From a virus (taxonomy: Duplodnaviria; Caudoviricetes), in IMG/VR virus record IMGVR_UViG_2799113255_000001, positions 1 to 64,000 of that record: a stretch of DNA of 64,000 nucleotides; one strand, given 5' to 3'. Position numbers and translations under genes: made by a program. Positions within the stretch are counted from its first letter, which is position 1. Each line of letters opens with the position of its first letter. This document shows, one piece after another, positions 18,724 to 28,765 of the stretch. The notes under the pieces were generated by a model. It saw nothing but the letters and a program-made list of their open reading frames with translations, was not told where the DNA came from and ran no database searches.

Positions 18724-20508
18724 ATGGCCGAGGGCACATTGATTTTCGACATCGAGACGCACTCGGCAGAGCTGATGTACTCGATGTCCCCGGAAGAGTT
18801 CGTACGGCTGATCGGGTACGCGTGGGGTGACGGCGAGGTCGTTCTGACCACCGACCTGGACGAGATCAAAGAACAGATCCTCAAGGCCCGCTGGATAATC
18901 GGTCACAACATCCACGCGTTCGATCTCCGTGCGGTGTTCGGTATCAAGTCCGACATCCCGCTAGAACTAGCCCAACAGCGGCGGGTGTACGACACGTGGA
19001 CCCACGCGGCGTTGGTCAATACAGCCCCGTACATGTTCACCAACCGCCACGGAAAGAACGCGCTGGCCAACTCCCCGGACAAGATGAAGCGGTGGTTCAG
19101 CCTGGACGAACAGGCACACCAGCTCGGGGTACCGGGGAAGACCCACGACCTGAAGGCGCTAGCCAAAGAGTTCGGTGGGTTCGGTTCTATCCCCGTGGAC
19201 GACGAACGGTATCGGGAGTACCTGATCGGTGACGTTGTAGCGTCCCGAGTGGTGGCCCAAGAGCTTCTGAAGAAGGGCAAGCTGGACGACTACGCGCTGC
19301 GTGAACAGGAGATAGCGGCAAGAGCTGCCGTCATATCCTCCAACGGTTTACGGGTTGACGTAGAGGCAGCCAAAGCCCGCGTAGAAGAACTCCGGGTTCG
19401 CCGTGAGGCGATCTTGTCCGAACTCCAGACCAAGTACGGTCTGCCGACCGAGGGTAAGAGCCCGTGGGCTACGACAGCCGGTAAAGAAGCCATCATGGCG
19501 GCGTTGGCCGATCACGGGATCACCCCGAAGTCCCGCAAGGACTGGACCAAGACATCTACCGGAAACCTGTCGTTGGGTGGCGAGGTTCTTACCGAGCTGA
19601 CCAAAGGCACGTCGGCGGAAGACCTCGGAAAAGCGCTGGCGGAACTGAAGGGCCAGCGTTCGTTGGCTCAACTGGCGTTGGACTCGACACACCCGGACGG
19701 GTTCGTACACCCGGATATCACGATGCTCCAACGGTCGGGGCGGTGGAGTACCACCGAGCCGGGGTTGACGGTCTGGACATCCAGAGGCGAAGGTGCGGTG
19801 GAGAAGTCGTACTTCGTACCGGACAACGACGACGAAGTCCTACTTGAGCTTGACTACTCGAATGCCGACGCTCGTATCGTCGCTGCCTACTCGGGAGACC
19901 GGAAGTACGCGGAACGGTTCGAGCCGGGAGCGGACGGCCACATGATCAACGCGATAGCCGCATGGGGCCGTGAGGTAGTGGAGTCCGACCCGAAGAAGTA
20001 CCGGCAGATGGCAAAGCCGTTGGGACACGGTTGGTCCTACGGTGGTCAGGCTCGGGGGTTGGTTCGGGTTACCGGTCTGCCGTTCATGACGGCCAAGAAG
20101 TTCTGTGACGGGATGGACGCTACGTTCGTCGCGTTGGTCGACTGGCAGAACCGGGTCCGTGACGAAGCCCGACGCGGGTACGTGATGAACGAGTGGGGCC
20201 GGAAGCTCTGGGTTGAGCAGGACCGGATCTTTACACAGGCCCCGGCACTGAAGGGACAGAACGGTACTCGGGAGATCGTGTGCGATGCGTTGTTGCGTAT
20301 GCCGCCGCACGTCCTGCGTCGGGTGAAGGCGCAGATCCACGACGCGGTGTTGTTCTCGGTTCCGCGTGAGAACTGGGAAGCGTGCCGAGATTACTTGGTG
20401 CGCCTGATGGAAACCGAGTTCCAGCCCTCTGTCGGTGGCCAGCGAGTCGAGTTCCCGGTGTCTGCCGGACCGGCTGGGGCCAACTGGATGGAGGCTTCAC
20501 ATGAGTAG
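18724..20508 (+). CDS. Family A DNA polymerase
   Basis: FDIET exonuclease motif, DYSNADAR motif A, RQMAKPLGHGWSYG motif B, QIHDAV motif C. Confidence 0.96.
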   Translation: MAEGTLIFDIETHSAELMYSMSPEEFVRLIGYAWGDGEVVLTTDLDEIKEQILKARWIIGHNIHAFDLRAVFGIKSDIPLELAQQRRVYDTWTHAALVNTAPYMFTNRHGKNALANSPDKMKRWFSLDEQAHQLGVPGKTHDLKALAKEFGGFGSIPVDDERYREYLIGDVVASRVVAQELLKKGKLDDYALREQEIAARAAVISSNGLRVDVEAAKARVEELRVRREAILSELQTKYGLPTEGKSPWATTAGKEAIMAALADHGITPKSRKDWTKTSTGNLSLGGEVLTELTKGTSAEDLGKALAELKGQRSLAQLALDSTHPDGFVHPDITMLQRSGRWSTTEPGLTVWTSRGEGAVEKSYFVPDNDDEVLLELDYSNADARIVAAYSGDRKYAERFEPGADGHMINAIAAWGREVVESDPKKYRQMAKPLGHGWSYGGQARGLVRVTGLPFMTAKKFCDGMDATFVALVDWQNRVRDEARRGYVMNEWGRKLWVEQDRIFTQAPALKGQNGTREIVCDALLRMPPHVLRRVKAQIHDAVLFSVPRENWEACRDYLVRLMETEFQPSVGGQRVEFPVSAGPAGANWMEASHE

Positions 20509-21113
20509 GAGTTTACAAATGAACGAAACACCCAACACGAGGGAAGTTTGCACCTTCTTTACGGTGTCAGAGCAGTACTATCAAGACGTACCGTGGGACG
20601 ACTTGTATCCGGTTTTGGAGAGGAACGCGTCGGACGCGTTCTCGAAACTGGGCACGATGGTTTCAGGTATGACTTACCGCGTTGAGTACACCAGGGGCGA
20701 TGAGAGTGTACGGGCCGTGCATGGTCTTCCCGAAACAGAGTCGGAATTTTACGTTGTGTCGTTTACCGCGCAGGTAATTCCGCATGAGCCAGCGTCACAG
20801 TGACGTTTCTAACTTGACATACGACCAGGAGGAAAAGTGGGAAATCAAGTCGTAATAACTGAACCTGTACAGAAACTTGTGGTTATACAACCGGTTTCGG
20901 AGGAAGCGCTGAGCGCCTTAAGTATTGCCGAACAGAACGAACTGCGCGATATTGCCAAGCACGAGATGATGCTGATAGGGAACCTGGTTTCGGAGCCCAA
21001 GCGGACCATTTACAGACATGGGGACGAGATGACTGAGCCGTGGCCGGAACTCATACCAACGAGTTACGTCCTTCTCCGATACGAAGCCCTGGCTATACCG
21101 CGTGGAGACGGCG

Positions 21114-21500
21114 ATGGACATCCGTGAATTCCTAGACGAGCTGTATTCCCTGTGGGCAAAAACCACCGGGGCAGAAGATCGTTATTGGATGCCCGAACGA
21201 AACGAAGACGGTTACACCAACGTCAACTACGTCTTTGATATCTGTGCGATAGACGAAGAGCAGAAGAAGAGATTCGTGGGTGGCTTCCAGAATGAAGTTG
21301 ATGTGGACTTCATCACCGCTATCCACGGTGCTCTGCCGGATCTGGTTCGTCGTACCCACGAGGCGCTGGACGAGGCCGATCGGTTGGACGAACAGCGGGA
21401 CGAACAAGAGATCCGTATTGCGGGGTTGGAAGAGACGATTGATGAACTGAACGGTCGGATCAACGAATTGGAATACGACCTCTCGAAGGCGTCGAAATGA
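21114..21500 (+). CDS. Conserved coiled-coil protein
   Basis: EFLDELYSLWAKTTGA, DFITAIHG; heptad C-terminus. Confidence 0.75.
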   Translation: MDIREFLDELYSLWAKTTGAEDRYWMPERNEDGYTNVNYVFDICAIDEEQKKRFVGGFQNEVDVDFITAIHGALPDLVRRTHEALDEADRLDEQRDEQEIRIAGLEETIDELNGRINELEYDLSKASK

Positions 21501-21745
21501 CGTTCCTACTGTCTACCGGAATCATCTTCTACACCATCGTGTCCGTGGTGTTCGCGCTGTATCTATTCAACCGAATGTGGGACGAAATAGCCGACCGGCG
21601 TTTCGGGCCGATTACCGAGCGGAGCGAGACCCTGGCGATGTTTCTATTCGTCTTTGGGCTCCCCACGTTGTTGGTTGCATTGATTCTGAGTTGGCCCGTT
21701 CTTATCTATCTACAAATCAGAAAGGAGCTGTCGGATGCTGACTGA
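21497..21745 (+). CDS. Two-TM membrane protein
   Basis: Two hydrophobic helices; ATGA overlap. Confidence 0.7.
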   Translation: MTFLLSTGIIFYTIVSVVFALYLFNRMWDEIADRRFGPITERSETLAMFLFVFGLPTLLVALILSWPVLIYLQIRKELSDAD

Positions 21746-22135
21746 ATCCCAGTTCCGCGAGATCGCGGATTCGTTGCGAGAGATCGTGAACGAGTTGAAG
21801 AAGATGAACAAACCCGACGTTATCAACGCCGCCCTTTCCCGCTACACCGACGCGGAGCTGCAACAACTGAACGAGTATCGGAAGGAGTTCCACAGTGGTC
21901 CGTCGATTGCTTAACTTCCTCCGTAAACCGTTTCTCGGTCTGCCGGATTCTGTACAGCCGATCGTGATTCGGGAGTTGGACGACATGGAGTCGATCCACC
22001 AGGACTTCACCAACCACGGGTTCTCGGTGATCGTCCTTCGACCGGAACATACCGTGACCCAGCCGAACGAGACCCCGTTCGGCCCGTACTGGCCGCACCC
22101 GGAGCAATGCGGGCCAGGTGGTTACCTGTGAAACT

Positions 22136-22178
22136 AAGCCCCTGGGCTGGCCCTAACCGGCTGGCCTGGGGGCTTTTT
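22136..22178 (+). terminator. Intrinsic terminator ending the early operon
   Basis: AAGCCCC...GGGGCTTTTT hairpin plus T run. Confidence 0.85.
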
Positions 22179-22193
22179 CCGTACCTAATCCAC

Positions 22194-22241
22194 GTCTGGA
22201 ATAGTTACTATACGACTTCTCATGTGGGAATTATTGTAGAC
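22194..22241. other. Putative attP (48 bp, central TT at 22217-22218)
   Basis: Imperfect inverted repeat with 23-bp arms (15/23 symmetric) directly upstream of the serine integrase. Confidence 0.75.
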
Positions 22242-22248
22242 TCACCCT

Positions 22249-23667
22249 ATGCGAGTACTAGGACGGGTGCGTTTGTCCAGGTTGACCGAGGAATCCACGT
22301 CCGTCGACCGCCAACGAGAACTGATCGAGAAGTGGTCCGAGATGAACGACCACACCATCGTGGGGTGGGCTGAAGACGTAGACGTGTCGGGATCTATCGA
22401 CCCCTTCGAGGCACCCCAGTTAGGGCCGTGGTTCCAGGAAGACAAACGGGGGGACTGGGACATCCTGGTCGCCTGGAAGCTAGACCGAATAGGTCGACGG
22501 GCGATACCACTGAACAAAGTGTTCGGGTGGATGCTGGAGCACGAGAAGACACTCGTGTGCGTGTCCGACAACATCGACCTATCAACTTGGGTTGGCCGGT
22601 TGGTGGCCAACGTCATCGCCGGGGTCGCGGAAGGCGAGTTAGAAGCCATCCGAGAACGGACCAAGGCGTCCCGTAAGAAACTACTGGAATCCGGTCGATG
22701 GACCGGGGGACCGGTGCCATACTGGCTCATCCCAGAGAAGTTACCGGAGGGCGGGTGGGTGTTGTCTCTGAATACCGAAACCGCACCAATACTTCGCCGT
22801 GCGATAGACGAGGTGTTAGACGGTACTGCCGTACACACCGTTGCTGAACGTCTGAACGACCAAGGGGTTCCCAGTCCTGGTGGGAAGAAGTGGACATCGC
22901 AGACGTTGTGGCGGATTCTTCAGCATAAGTACCTTAAAGGCCACTCCACCGATCGCGGCAAGACCGTACGCGATTCGTCGGGTGTACCTATATCCAACTG
23001 CGAAGCCTTGCTTACTCCTTCTGAGTGGGATCGGCTGCAAGCCGTGCTAACCCAGTGGAAACTACCCGAGACATCGAATCGAGTAAAAAACACATCGCCA
23101 CTTCTCGGGGTGGTTGTGTGTTACATATGTGATAAGCCTTTGTACTACCGGAGCTACACCCGCAATTACGGTAAGGGGCTATACAGAAGCTACTACTGCC
23201 GGAACCACCGAACCCCCGGAATCAAGGCCGATATGTTGGATGAGTACCTGGAAGAAAACCTTATGCGTGAGGTGGGGGACAAAAACGTCCTGGAAAGGTA
23301 CTTCGTACCGGCTGAAAACCACCAAATCGAATTAGACGAGGCTATACGGGCCACAGAAGAACTAACAGCCCTCTTGGGCACAATGACATCAGCCACTATG
23401 CGTTCGTCGCTCACAGCCCAATTGGCAGCCCTGGATTCTCGTATAGCCTCACTGGAAAAGCTTCCGACGTCTGAGTCCCGGTGGGAATACCGGGAATTGC
23501 CCCGGACATACCGGGAGATGTGGGAGTCGGACGACGACCCGCAATTCCGACGAGAACTCCTGTTGAAATCAGGTATCACACTAGCCGCCACAATGACAGG
23601 TGGGCAGAAACTACACCTGCATATACCCGACGACATACTGGAACGTATGGCTTTGAAAGGAGAATGA
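22249..23667 (+). CDS. int: Large serine integrase
   Basis: RVRLSR catalytic Ser, WKLDRIGR, recombinase domain, CYIC..YYC Zn ribbon, coiled coil. Confidence 0.96.
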   Translation: MRVLGRVRLSRLTEESTSVDRQRELIEKWSEMNDHTIVGWAEDVDVSGSIDPFEAPQLGPWFQEDKRGDWDILVAWKLDRIGRRAIPLNKVFGWMLEHEKTLVCVSDNIDLSTWVGRLVANVIAGVAEGELEAIRERTKASRKKLLESGRWTGGPVPYWLIPEKLPEGGWVLSLNTETAPILRRAIDEVLDGTAVHTVAERLNDQGVPSPGGKKWTSQTLWRILQHKYLKGHSTDRGKTVRDSSGVPISNCEALLTPSEWDRLQAVLTQWKLPETSNRVKNTSPLLGVVVCYICDKPLYYRSYTRNYGKGLYRSYYCRNHRTPGIKADMLDEYLEENLMREVGDKNVLERYFVPAENHQIELDEAIRATEELTALLGTMTSATMRSSLTAQLAALDSRIASLEKLPTSESRWEYRELPRTYREMWESDDDPQFRRELLLKSGITLAATMTGGQKLHLHIPDDILERMALKGE

Positions 23668-24023
23668 TGAGGAAGCTAGTGCCAGTGTTGCTGCTAGCGC
23701 TGACGGCATGTAGTACCAACCACGAGACGCCTACAGAAGCCCCGGTGAAGCGGGGGGTAGTTGTGTTCGAGGTCGGGGGTGACTATTCGTTCGCCTCGTA
23801 CGACGACAACTACCAAAACGGTATTCGATACCAACCAGGTCAGACCCGAGTGGAACTGCGGGGCGACAACGTGCCGCAGAGCCCCAAGCCGTTGTACACC
23901 TGGGCCAATTCAGGAGAGGGCCGGGATACCCAGGCGTGGTGCCGAATCACCGTAGACGGTGAGGTGAAGGCCGAGAAACACACCGTAGGCGACGCCAACG
24001 ACCCAACCTGTCTAGTCCTCTAA
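23664..24023 (+). CDS. Lipoprotein
   Basis: MMRKLVPVLLLALTAC lipobox; ATGA-coupled to int. Confidence 0.85.
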   Translation: MMRKLVPVLLLALTACSTNHETPTEAPVKRGVVVFEVGGDYSFASYDDNYQNGIRYQPGQTRVELRGDNVPQSPKPLYTWANSGEGRDTQAWCRITVDGEVKAEKHTVGDANDPTCLVL

Positions 24024-24027
24024 ACGC

Positions 24028-24106
24028 AAAAAAGCCCCCTATCCAGGCAATACAACCAACTCGGTGTAATCCGGGTTTTGGTTGTACGACCAGGTAGGGG
24101 GCTTTT
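24028..24106. terminator. Bidirectional terminator between convergent arms
   Basis: AAAAGCCCCCTA...TAGGGGGCTTTT with an extended inner stem. Confidence 0.88.
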
Positions 24107-24112
24107 CGTGTA

Positions 24113-24424
24113 CTACTGGTATCCCATCAGGGATAGTGCTTGTTCGTGTGATGTGCAATCTTCGATGCGACACAACGGCGTTAGGCCGTTGGCTGGGTCA
24201 AAGTCGGCGTCTAGAACTACCGCGTTCTCGTCGGCCAAGAAGACGTCGACCGTCTTCGGGAGGTGAAGCATGTTCACCGGGATACCGAGGAGGTTCCCGA
24301 GTGATTCAGCGGACGCCACGGTGATCAGGAGGTACCACGTGGTTTCACCATCGGTGCATCGGTAGTGGTTGGTCTTAGGACAGAAGTGCGGTAAGAACTC
24401 TGAGATCAGCTCAGCTGTATGCAT
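24113..24424 (-). CDS. Hypothetical protein at the end of the tail operon
   Basis: Follows the minor tail gene, ends at the terminator. Confidence 0.7.
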   Translation of the reverse strand: MHTAELISEFLPHFCPKTNHYRCTDGETTWYLLITVASAESLGNLLGIPVNMLHLPKTVDVFLADENAVVLDADFDPANGLTPLCRIEDCTSHEQALSLMGYQ

Positions 24425-24426
24425 AC

Positions 24427-25917
24427 TCACGCCTTCCAAAACACCCACAGAACGCCTGTAGCACCATTACCACCCCATCCGCCACCGCCGTGGCTACCGG
24501 TGCTGAAACCAGCCCCGCCACCACCTCCACCGCCGCCACCTCCGGGGTATCCACCGTTGGCACCGTTACCGCCGACAGCTTGGGCCAAGGTGCCCGTGGG
24601 ATTACCACCCCCACCGCCCCCGGCACCGCCGCCGCCGCATTTGATCTCAGCACCAGCTGAGACCGCGCCTCCAGCCGTACCCGTGCCAGCCGGTAGTGCG
24701 CTGGGAGATCCGCCCACCCCGCCCATGGCGGCAGCAGACGAAGACCCTGTTGCACCGTATGTTCCATAGCTGGCTGACGTGCCAGCCTTGAACCCACCCT
24801 TACCTCCGGCACCCCCGCTGCCGGGGGTGGAAGACGTTTGTTGGTACCCGAATTCCCCTTGGATACCACCCGCGCCCCGCGTCGTACTTAAATACGAACC
24901 GAACGAGGTGTGTTGTGCGTTAGTCCCGATCGTTACGTCAACCGGCCAGGTAATTGAATCTGGATCTAGCTTGAGCGCTAGGTATCCGCCGTTTACACCA
25001 CCTGCGCCACCATTTCCACCGGTAGTGGTGGTGCCGCTGGAACCACCGGCTCCGTTGTCGCCTGCACCGATTCCGATAACAACGAGTTCGCTTATGGTGG
25101 TGGAGGGTTTGGCGTAGGACTGCGAAGAGGTGATCGTGTCCACGGTGTAGCCGTTGATTACAGCTTGCTTGATCGTTTCGATCGTCGTTTGAACTTCGGC
25201 AGGCGTGCCCGTAGCGGACGACCCACCGAACCAACCGTTGACGATCGCCTGTCCGGTGGCGACAAGATCGTTACCGATACCGACTACTGTGTCACCGAGG
25301 TCGTCCAAACCCTCAACGACAGACGAAGCGATAGTTCCGACGATGTTGCCGCCGTCTAGTTCTCCGTCCACCGTAAGTGCTTGTGTCTTACCGGTAAGCG
25401 CGTTGAACCAGTCTTGCAACATCGCTAGCGCACCGTTGATAGGGGCGGTGAACGCTCCGCTGATGATGTCGAGGATCTGATTCAGAACCGACAAGATGTA
25501 CGGGATAGAGTTCAGCGGGTTAAGCATATTGATGAACTCTTGAACGAGTTCACCGAAATCGTCTGATACTCCGCCGGTTACCTGACGAAGGAACCCGAGG
25601 AAGTCTCCGACCAACAACAGTTTACCGAGCCCGGTAAACCAGTTGATGATTGTTTGTACCGCCGTAGGAACGTCTTTGAACATCGCAGCGGTCGCGCCGG
25701 GGATAGCGGGCATGAACTGCTTGAGCACGTCCAGGGGCATCCTGAGCAGGTTGGCTGCGAGGGCTCCCAGCTGGTCGATGAACGAAACCACCGGCATGTA
25801 CAGCGATTTGGCTATCGTCTCGGTCATGTCCTGACCGAAGTTGAACCCCTCGCCGTTGGCGTTGTTACCGCCGACTACGTATGCTCCATCGGGGGCGGGC
25901 TGATGCGGGGTTGTCAT
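24427..25917 (-). CDS. Gly-rich minor tail protein
   Basis: MTTPHQPAPDG start; Gly-rich C-terminus. Confidence 0.85.
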   Translation of the reverse strand: MTTPHQPAPDGAYVVGGNNANGEGFNFGQDMTETIAKSLYMPVVSFIDQLGALAANLLRMPLDVLKQFMPAIPGATAAMFKDVPTAVQTIINWFTGLGKLLLVGDFLGFLRQVTGGVSDDFGELVQEFINMLNPLNSIPYILSVLNQILDIISGAFTAPINGALAMLQDWFNALTGKTQALTVDGELDGGNIVGTIASSVVEGLDDLGDTVVGIGNDLVATGQAIVNGWFGGSSATGTPAEVQTTIETIKQAVINGYTVDTITSSQSYAKPSTTISELVVIGIGAGDNGAGGSSGTTTTGGNGGAGGVNGGYLALKLDPDSITWPVDVTIGTNAQHTSFGSYLSTTRGAGGIQGEFGYQQTSSTPGSGGAGGKGGFKAGTSASYGTYGATGSSSAAAMGGVGGSPSALPAGTGTAGGAVSAGAEIKCGGGGAGGGGGGNPTGTLAQAVGGNGANGGYPGGGGGGGGGGAGFSTGSHGGGGWGGNGATGVLWVFWKA

Positions 25918-26237
25918 CGGTGCCCCCTAATCAGTCGAAGGCGGTCACCTTCGATCCGGTCTTCTCGTTCTTGCTGAACGTCCTTACGGAGAGCGGAGAT
26001 ATCCCGCTCCACGTTCGAGAACCCAGTCTCTACAGCCTTTGTGAGGCGGTCTATGTCCGCTCGGAGGTTGGTACCGTGGTCGTTCTTGACTTCGTGTTTG
26101 ATGGTCTTCAGGTCTCGGTTCTGCTTGCGCAGGTTCACCCACACCGGCAGTACCGCTGCCAGTAGTCCAGAGAGGCTAAGGCCAAACAGGGCAACGACGT
26201 CCATCCAATCGTCCGGGTTGAACGGAGTGATGTTCAC
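25914..26237 (-). CDS. Membrane protein (DUF2746-like)
   Basis: One TM, then VKNDHGTNLRADID and EREDRIEGD. Confidence 0.8.
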   Translation of the reverse strand: MNITPFNPDDWMDVVALFGLSLSGLLAAVLPVWVNLRKQNRDLKTIKHEVKNDHGTNLRADIDRLTKAVETGFSNVERDISALRKDVQQEREDRIEGDRLRLIRGHR

Positions 26238-26488
26238 TTCGGAGTGACGTGTCTACGAATCCACAGGCCGAGGATGATCGGGCCGACCACGCCGTACACA
26301 GCCATGATGGCTTCGATCGCGGCCTGGTCTAGAACCTGCTTACCGACGATGACAGCGATCAGGTTGGCGACGGCGAACAGACCGGCACGGACCACGACTG
26401 GTTCGGTTGCCTTCTTGACGATATCCTCGAACGTGTCGTCGTCATCTACGACCAGACCGCCCGTGTCCATAGGGTCGTTCTCAGCCAT
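26234..26488 (-). CDS. Two-TM holin-like protein
   Basis: Two TM helices, IRRHVTP C-terminus. Confidence 0.65.
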   Translation of the reverse strand: MAENDPMDTGGLVVDDDDTFEDIVKKATEPVVVRAGLFAVANLIAVIVGKQVLDQAAIEAIMAVYGVVGPIILGLWIRRHVTPK

Positions 26489-26960
26489 TGTCTGGCTCCT
26501 CTCGATTAAGTTCTTGTGCAACATCTCTGCGGGGAAGAGGCCCTGGAAGTCGACCGTCTCTCTCGAACTGGCGCAGCATGACGTCGCTCTCTTGGATCGT
26601 CATTTCGCGTGTGTCGGGGAGGACGACAGGTGGTGGGGTAGCCGTACCAACCGGCACCCACCGGGCCGCGTTGTTGTAGATGTGGCTAGGGCCACGGAAC
26701 GCGCCTTGTAGTTCTATCGTCTGCTCGGGGAGCTGGCTGACGTGGATGTTGCCGTTCTCGTCAGCCAGCCCTTCCAAGTAGTCCCGATGCCTAAACCCGC
26801 ACTCCCACAGATGCTTAGACCACTGCCGTAGAAAGCCTGGGTGCGTCACCGCACCGATACCGGCGAACGTGGGCATATTCCGCAGAGCCCAGACAACGTG
26901 CTCTTCTGGGTTGTGCGGATCGGCTTCTTGCTGCGATGGAATGCCGGGTTTGAAGGTCAT
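26481..26960 (-). CDS. Minor tail protein (DUF2744-like)
   Basis: [21 protein letters not shown]. Confidence 0.8.
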   Translation of the reverse strand: MTFKPGIPSQQEADPHNPEEHVVWALRNMPTFAGIGAVTHPGFLRQWSKHLWECGFRHRDYLEGLADENGNIHVSQLPEQTIELQGAFRGPSHIYNNAARWVPVGTATPPPVVLPDTREMTIQESDVMLRQFERDGRLPGPLPRRDVAQELNREEPDNG

Positions 26961-27016
26961 GGCGGGCCTTTCGTTCGGGTAATCCGTTGGTTCGGGAGCC
27001 AACGGAACCCCCTTGT

Positions 27017-28762
27017 TTACAGAACGCCGAGGTCACCCAGCGACGAGTTAATGTCGCGGATCATCTCGAACGCCTTGAGCATCGGATCTTGTGGTTCGCG
27101 GTATCCGACTTCGATCTCCCAACCCTTAGGGCCGTCTGCACCCCATGAGTAGCTGATCTTGGATACACGTTCGACAAATATCGTGTACGGGTCAGGGAAA
27201 CCGAGAACCGTTGTACCGATACGGTCTCCGAGCCAGAAGTGACCGTAGCCGGGTGCCCCGATGTAGTACGGGGCTGCGTCCGAGATCTTCAGCGTGTGCG
27301 ACGTGTGAGCCCTGGTTGCCCAGATCTTCGCCCGTATCGCCATGATCGCGGAGAGCGTGAACGCTTTGTCCGCGCCGTCTGCCCAGCCCTCGTAGTAGTG
27401 GAAGTCGCCTAGCCCGGTGATGGCGTTCTCCAACCCCGGAAGGGGCAGCGAGAGTTCCATAGCCCGTAGGGTCGGGATCTCCATGAACGCCAGGATCGTG
27501 TCCGAATAGATCGGGTTGGCGATAGCGTCGATGGCACCACCGATGGGCGGGAGCTGAACTTCGATGGCAGCCGAAATATGGGCTGCCAGTAGGTCTCCAC
27601 CCATCTGGATAACCGCTGAGATCGCCTCGTTGACGCCAGGCATTGACTGCCCACCGGTTAGGAACGACGTGTCGGTAGCCTCGTAGTACTTGAACTCCGA
27701 GGACTTGATACCGGTTAGCGGACCCTCTTGGTAGACGACGTGGGGTGCCTTCGGGTTGGTCCCGAGGAACCACGGCACGTAGTACTCTCCGGGGTAAGTC
27801 GGGTCACCGTGGTAGACCTCAACACCTTCGGTCGTCCCGTCCGATGCGATGTTGACGATCGCTCGGACCAGACCGACGAGTATCGAACCACCGAAAGCGG
27901 TTTCGGTTCCCCAGCCAGACTTATCCTCGATGTCCCAGACCAGGCAGCCGTTACGCAGCGGGAAGGTGGTCTCGTTGAGAATGCCACCGTACTTGTGCGC
28001 GAACGGGTGTGGGTCTTCACCTTTCAGGTACCGGCGTGGAACCCACGACAGCTGAGCGTCTTCCATCACCCTCTTGGCCACGTCGAACATCGACTTGAAC
28101 CGGGAGAAGACGATCGCCAGGTTGGAGTTGTCGTCTAGAAGATCCAACGGAGAACAGATGTTCCGCCAGTTCGACGGTAGGAACGACAGACCCATCCACT
28201 CGGTTGGATCTAGTGGATTGTCAGGCAGCGTGAGCCACGACGTCTCCAACCGGAATAGGTTGACGAACAACGTGACTAGCAAGCACCACTTCGCGGGTCC
28301 GAAGATCACCCACATCTTCGGGAACTGGAACTCGGGCCGCAGGAACGGGTTGGCCCAGCAGTACATGTGCTTGAGTTCTTCGATGTCGTGAAGGAAGGTG
28401 ATCTCTAGGTAGCAGTCACCGGACTCTTCACGAACAACGCGGTAGGACTCCATCCGTCCCGACCACCGAGCACCTTGCTTGTCGAAGGTGACGTGGACGT
28501 TGCGCTTGGCACGTCCCCGGAAGTCCATTACCCATTTGGCTAGGTAGTGGTCTAGGGACAGTTGCAAAGACGCTGTGCCGGTGTCGTTGTCGATGAACTG
28601 GAAATCGCCCTTACGCTCCCCAGCGACTACGCCACGGAGGTTGAAGTCACCGTCCCATAGACGGGTAAGGACGGGCTTTAGACGTTGCTTCTCACGCCAG
28701 CGGCGGGACTCCATGACCCGGTCCCACAGGAATTGCGCATCCTCTTTGGATCGGATCGACAT
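27017..28762 (-). CDS. Minor tail protein (L5 gp28-like baseplate hub)
   Basis: [17 protein letters not shown] and [10 protein letters not shown] motifs; second gene after TMP. Confidence 0.9.
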   Translation of the reverse strand: MSIRSKEDAQFLWDRVMESRRWREKQRLKPVLTRLWDGDFNLRGVVAGERKGDFQFIDNDTGTASLQLSLDHYLAKWVMDFRGRAKRNVHVTFDKQGARWSGRMESYRVVREESGDCYLEITFLHDIEELKHMYCWANPFLRPEFQFPKMWVIFGPAKWCLLVTLFVNLFRLETSWLTLPDNPLDPTEWMGLSFLPSNWRNICSPLDLLDDNSNLAIVFSRFKSMFDVAKRVMEDAQLSWVPRRYLKGEDPHPFAHKYGGILNETTFPLRNGCLVWDIEDKSGWGTETAFGGSILVGLVRAIVNIASDGTTEGVEVYHGDPTYPGEYYVPWFLGTNPKAPHVVYQEGPLTGIKSSEFKYYEATDTSFLTGGQSMPGVNEAISAVIQMGGDLLAAHISAAIEVQLPPIGGAIDAIANPIYSDTILAFMEIPTLRAMELSLPLPGLENAITGLGDFHYYEGWADGADKAFTLSAIMAIRAKIWATRAHTSHTLKISDAAPYYIGAPGYGHFWLGDRIGTTVLGFPDPYTIFVERVSKISYSWGADGPKGWEIEVGYREPQDPMLKAFEMIRDINSSLGDLGVL

Positions 28763-28765
28763 CTA

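Noticed and set aside
16939-18724. Absence of thyX between RNR and polymerase
   Set aside because: Gene content here varies among related phages; absence alone is uninformative
24028-24106. Long inverted repeat as attP
   Set aside because: Flanking A/T tracts and position between convergent operons fit a terminator; 22194-22241 fits attP size and position better
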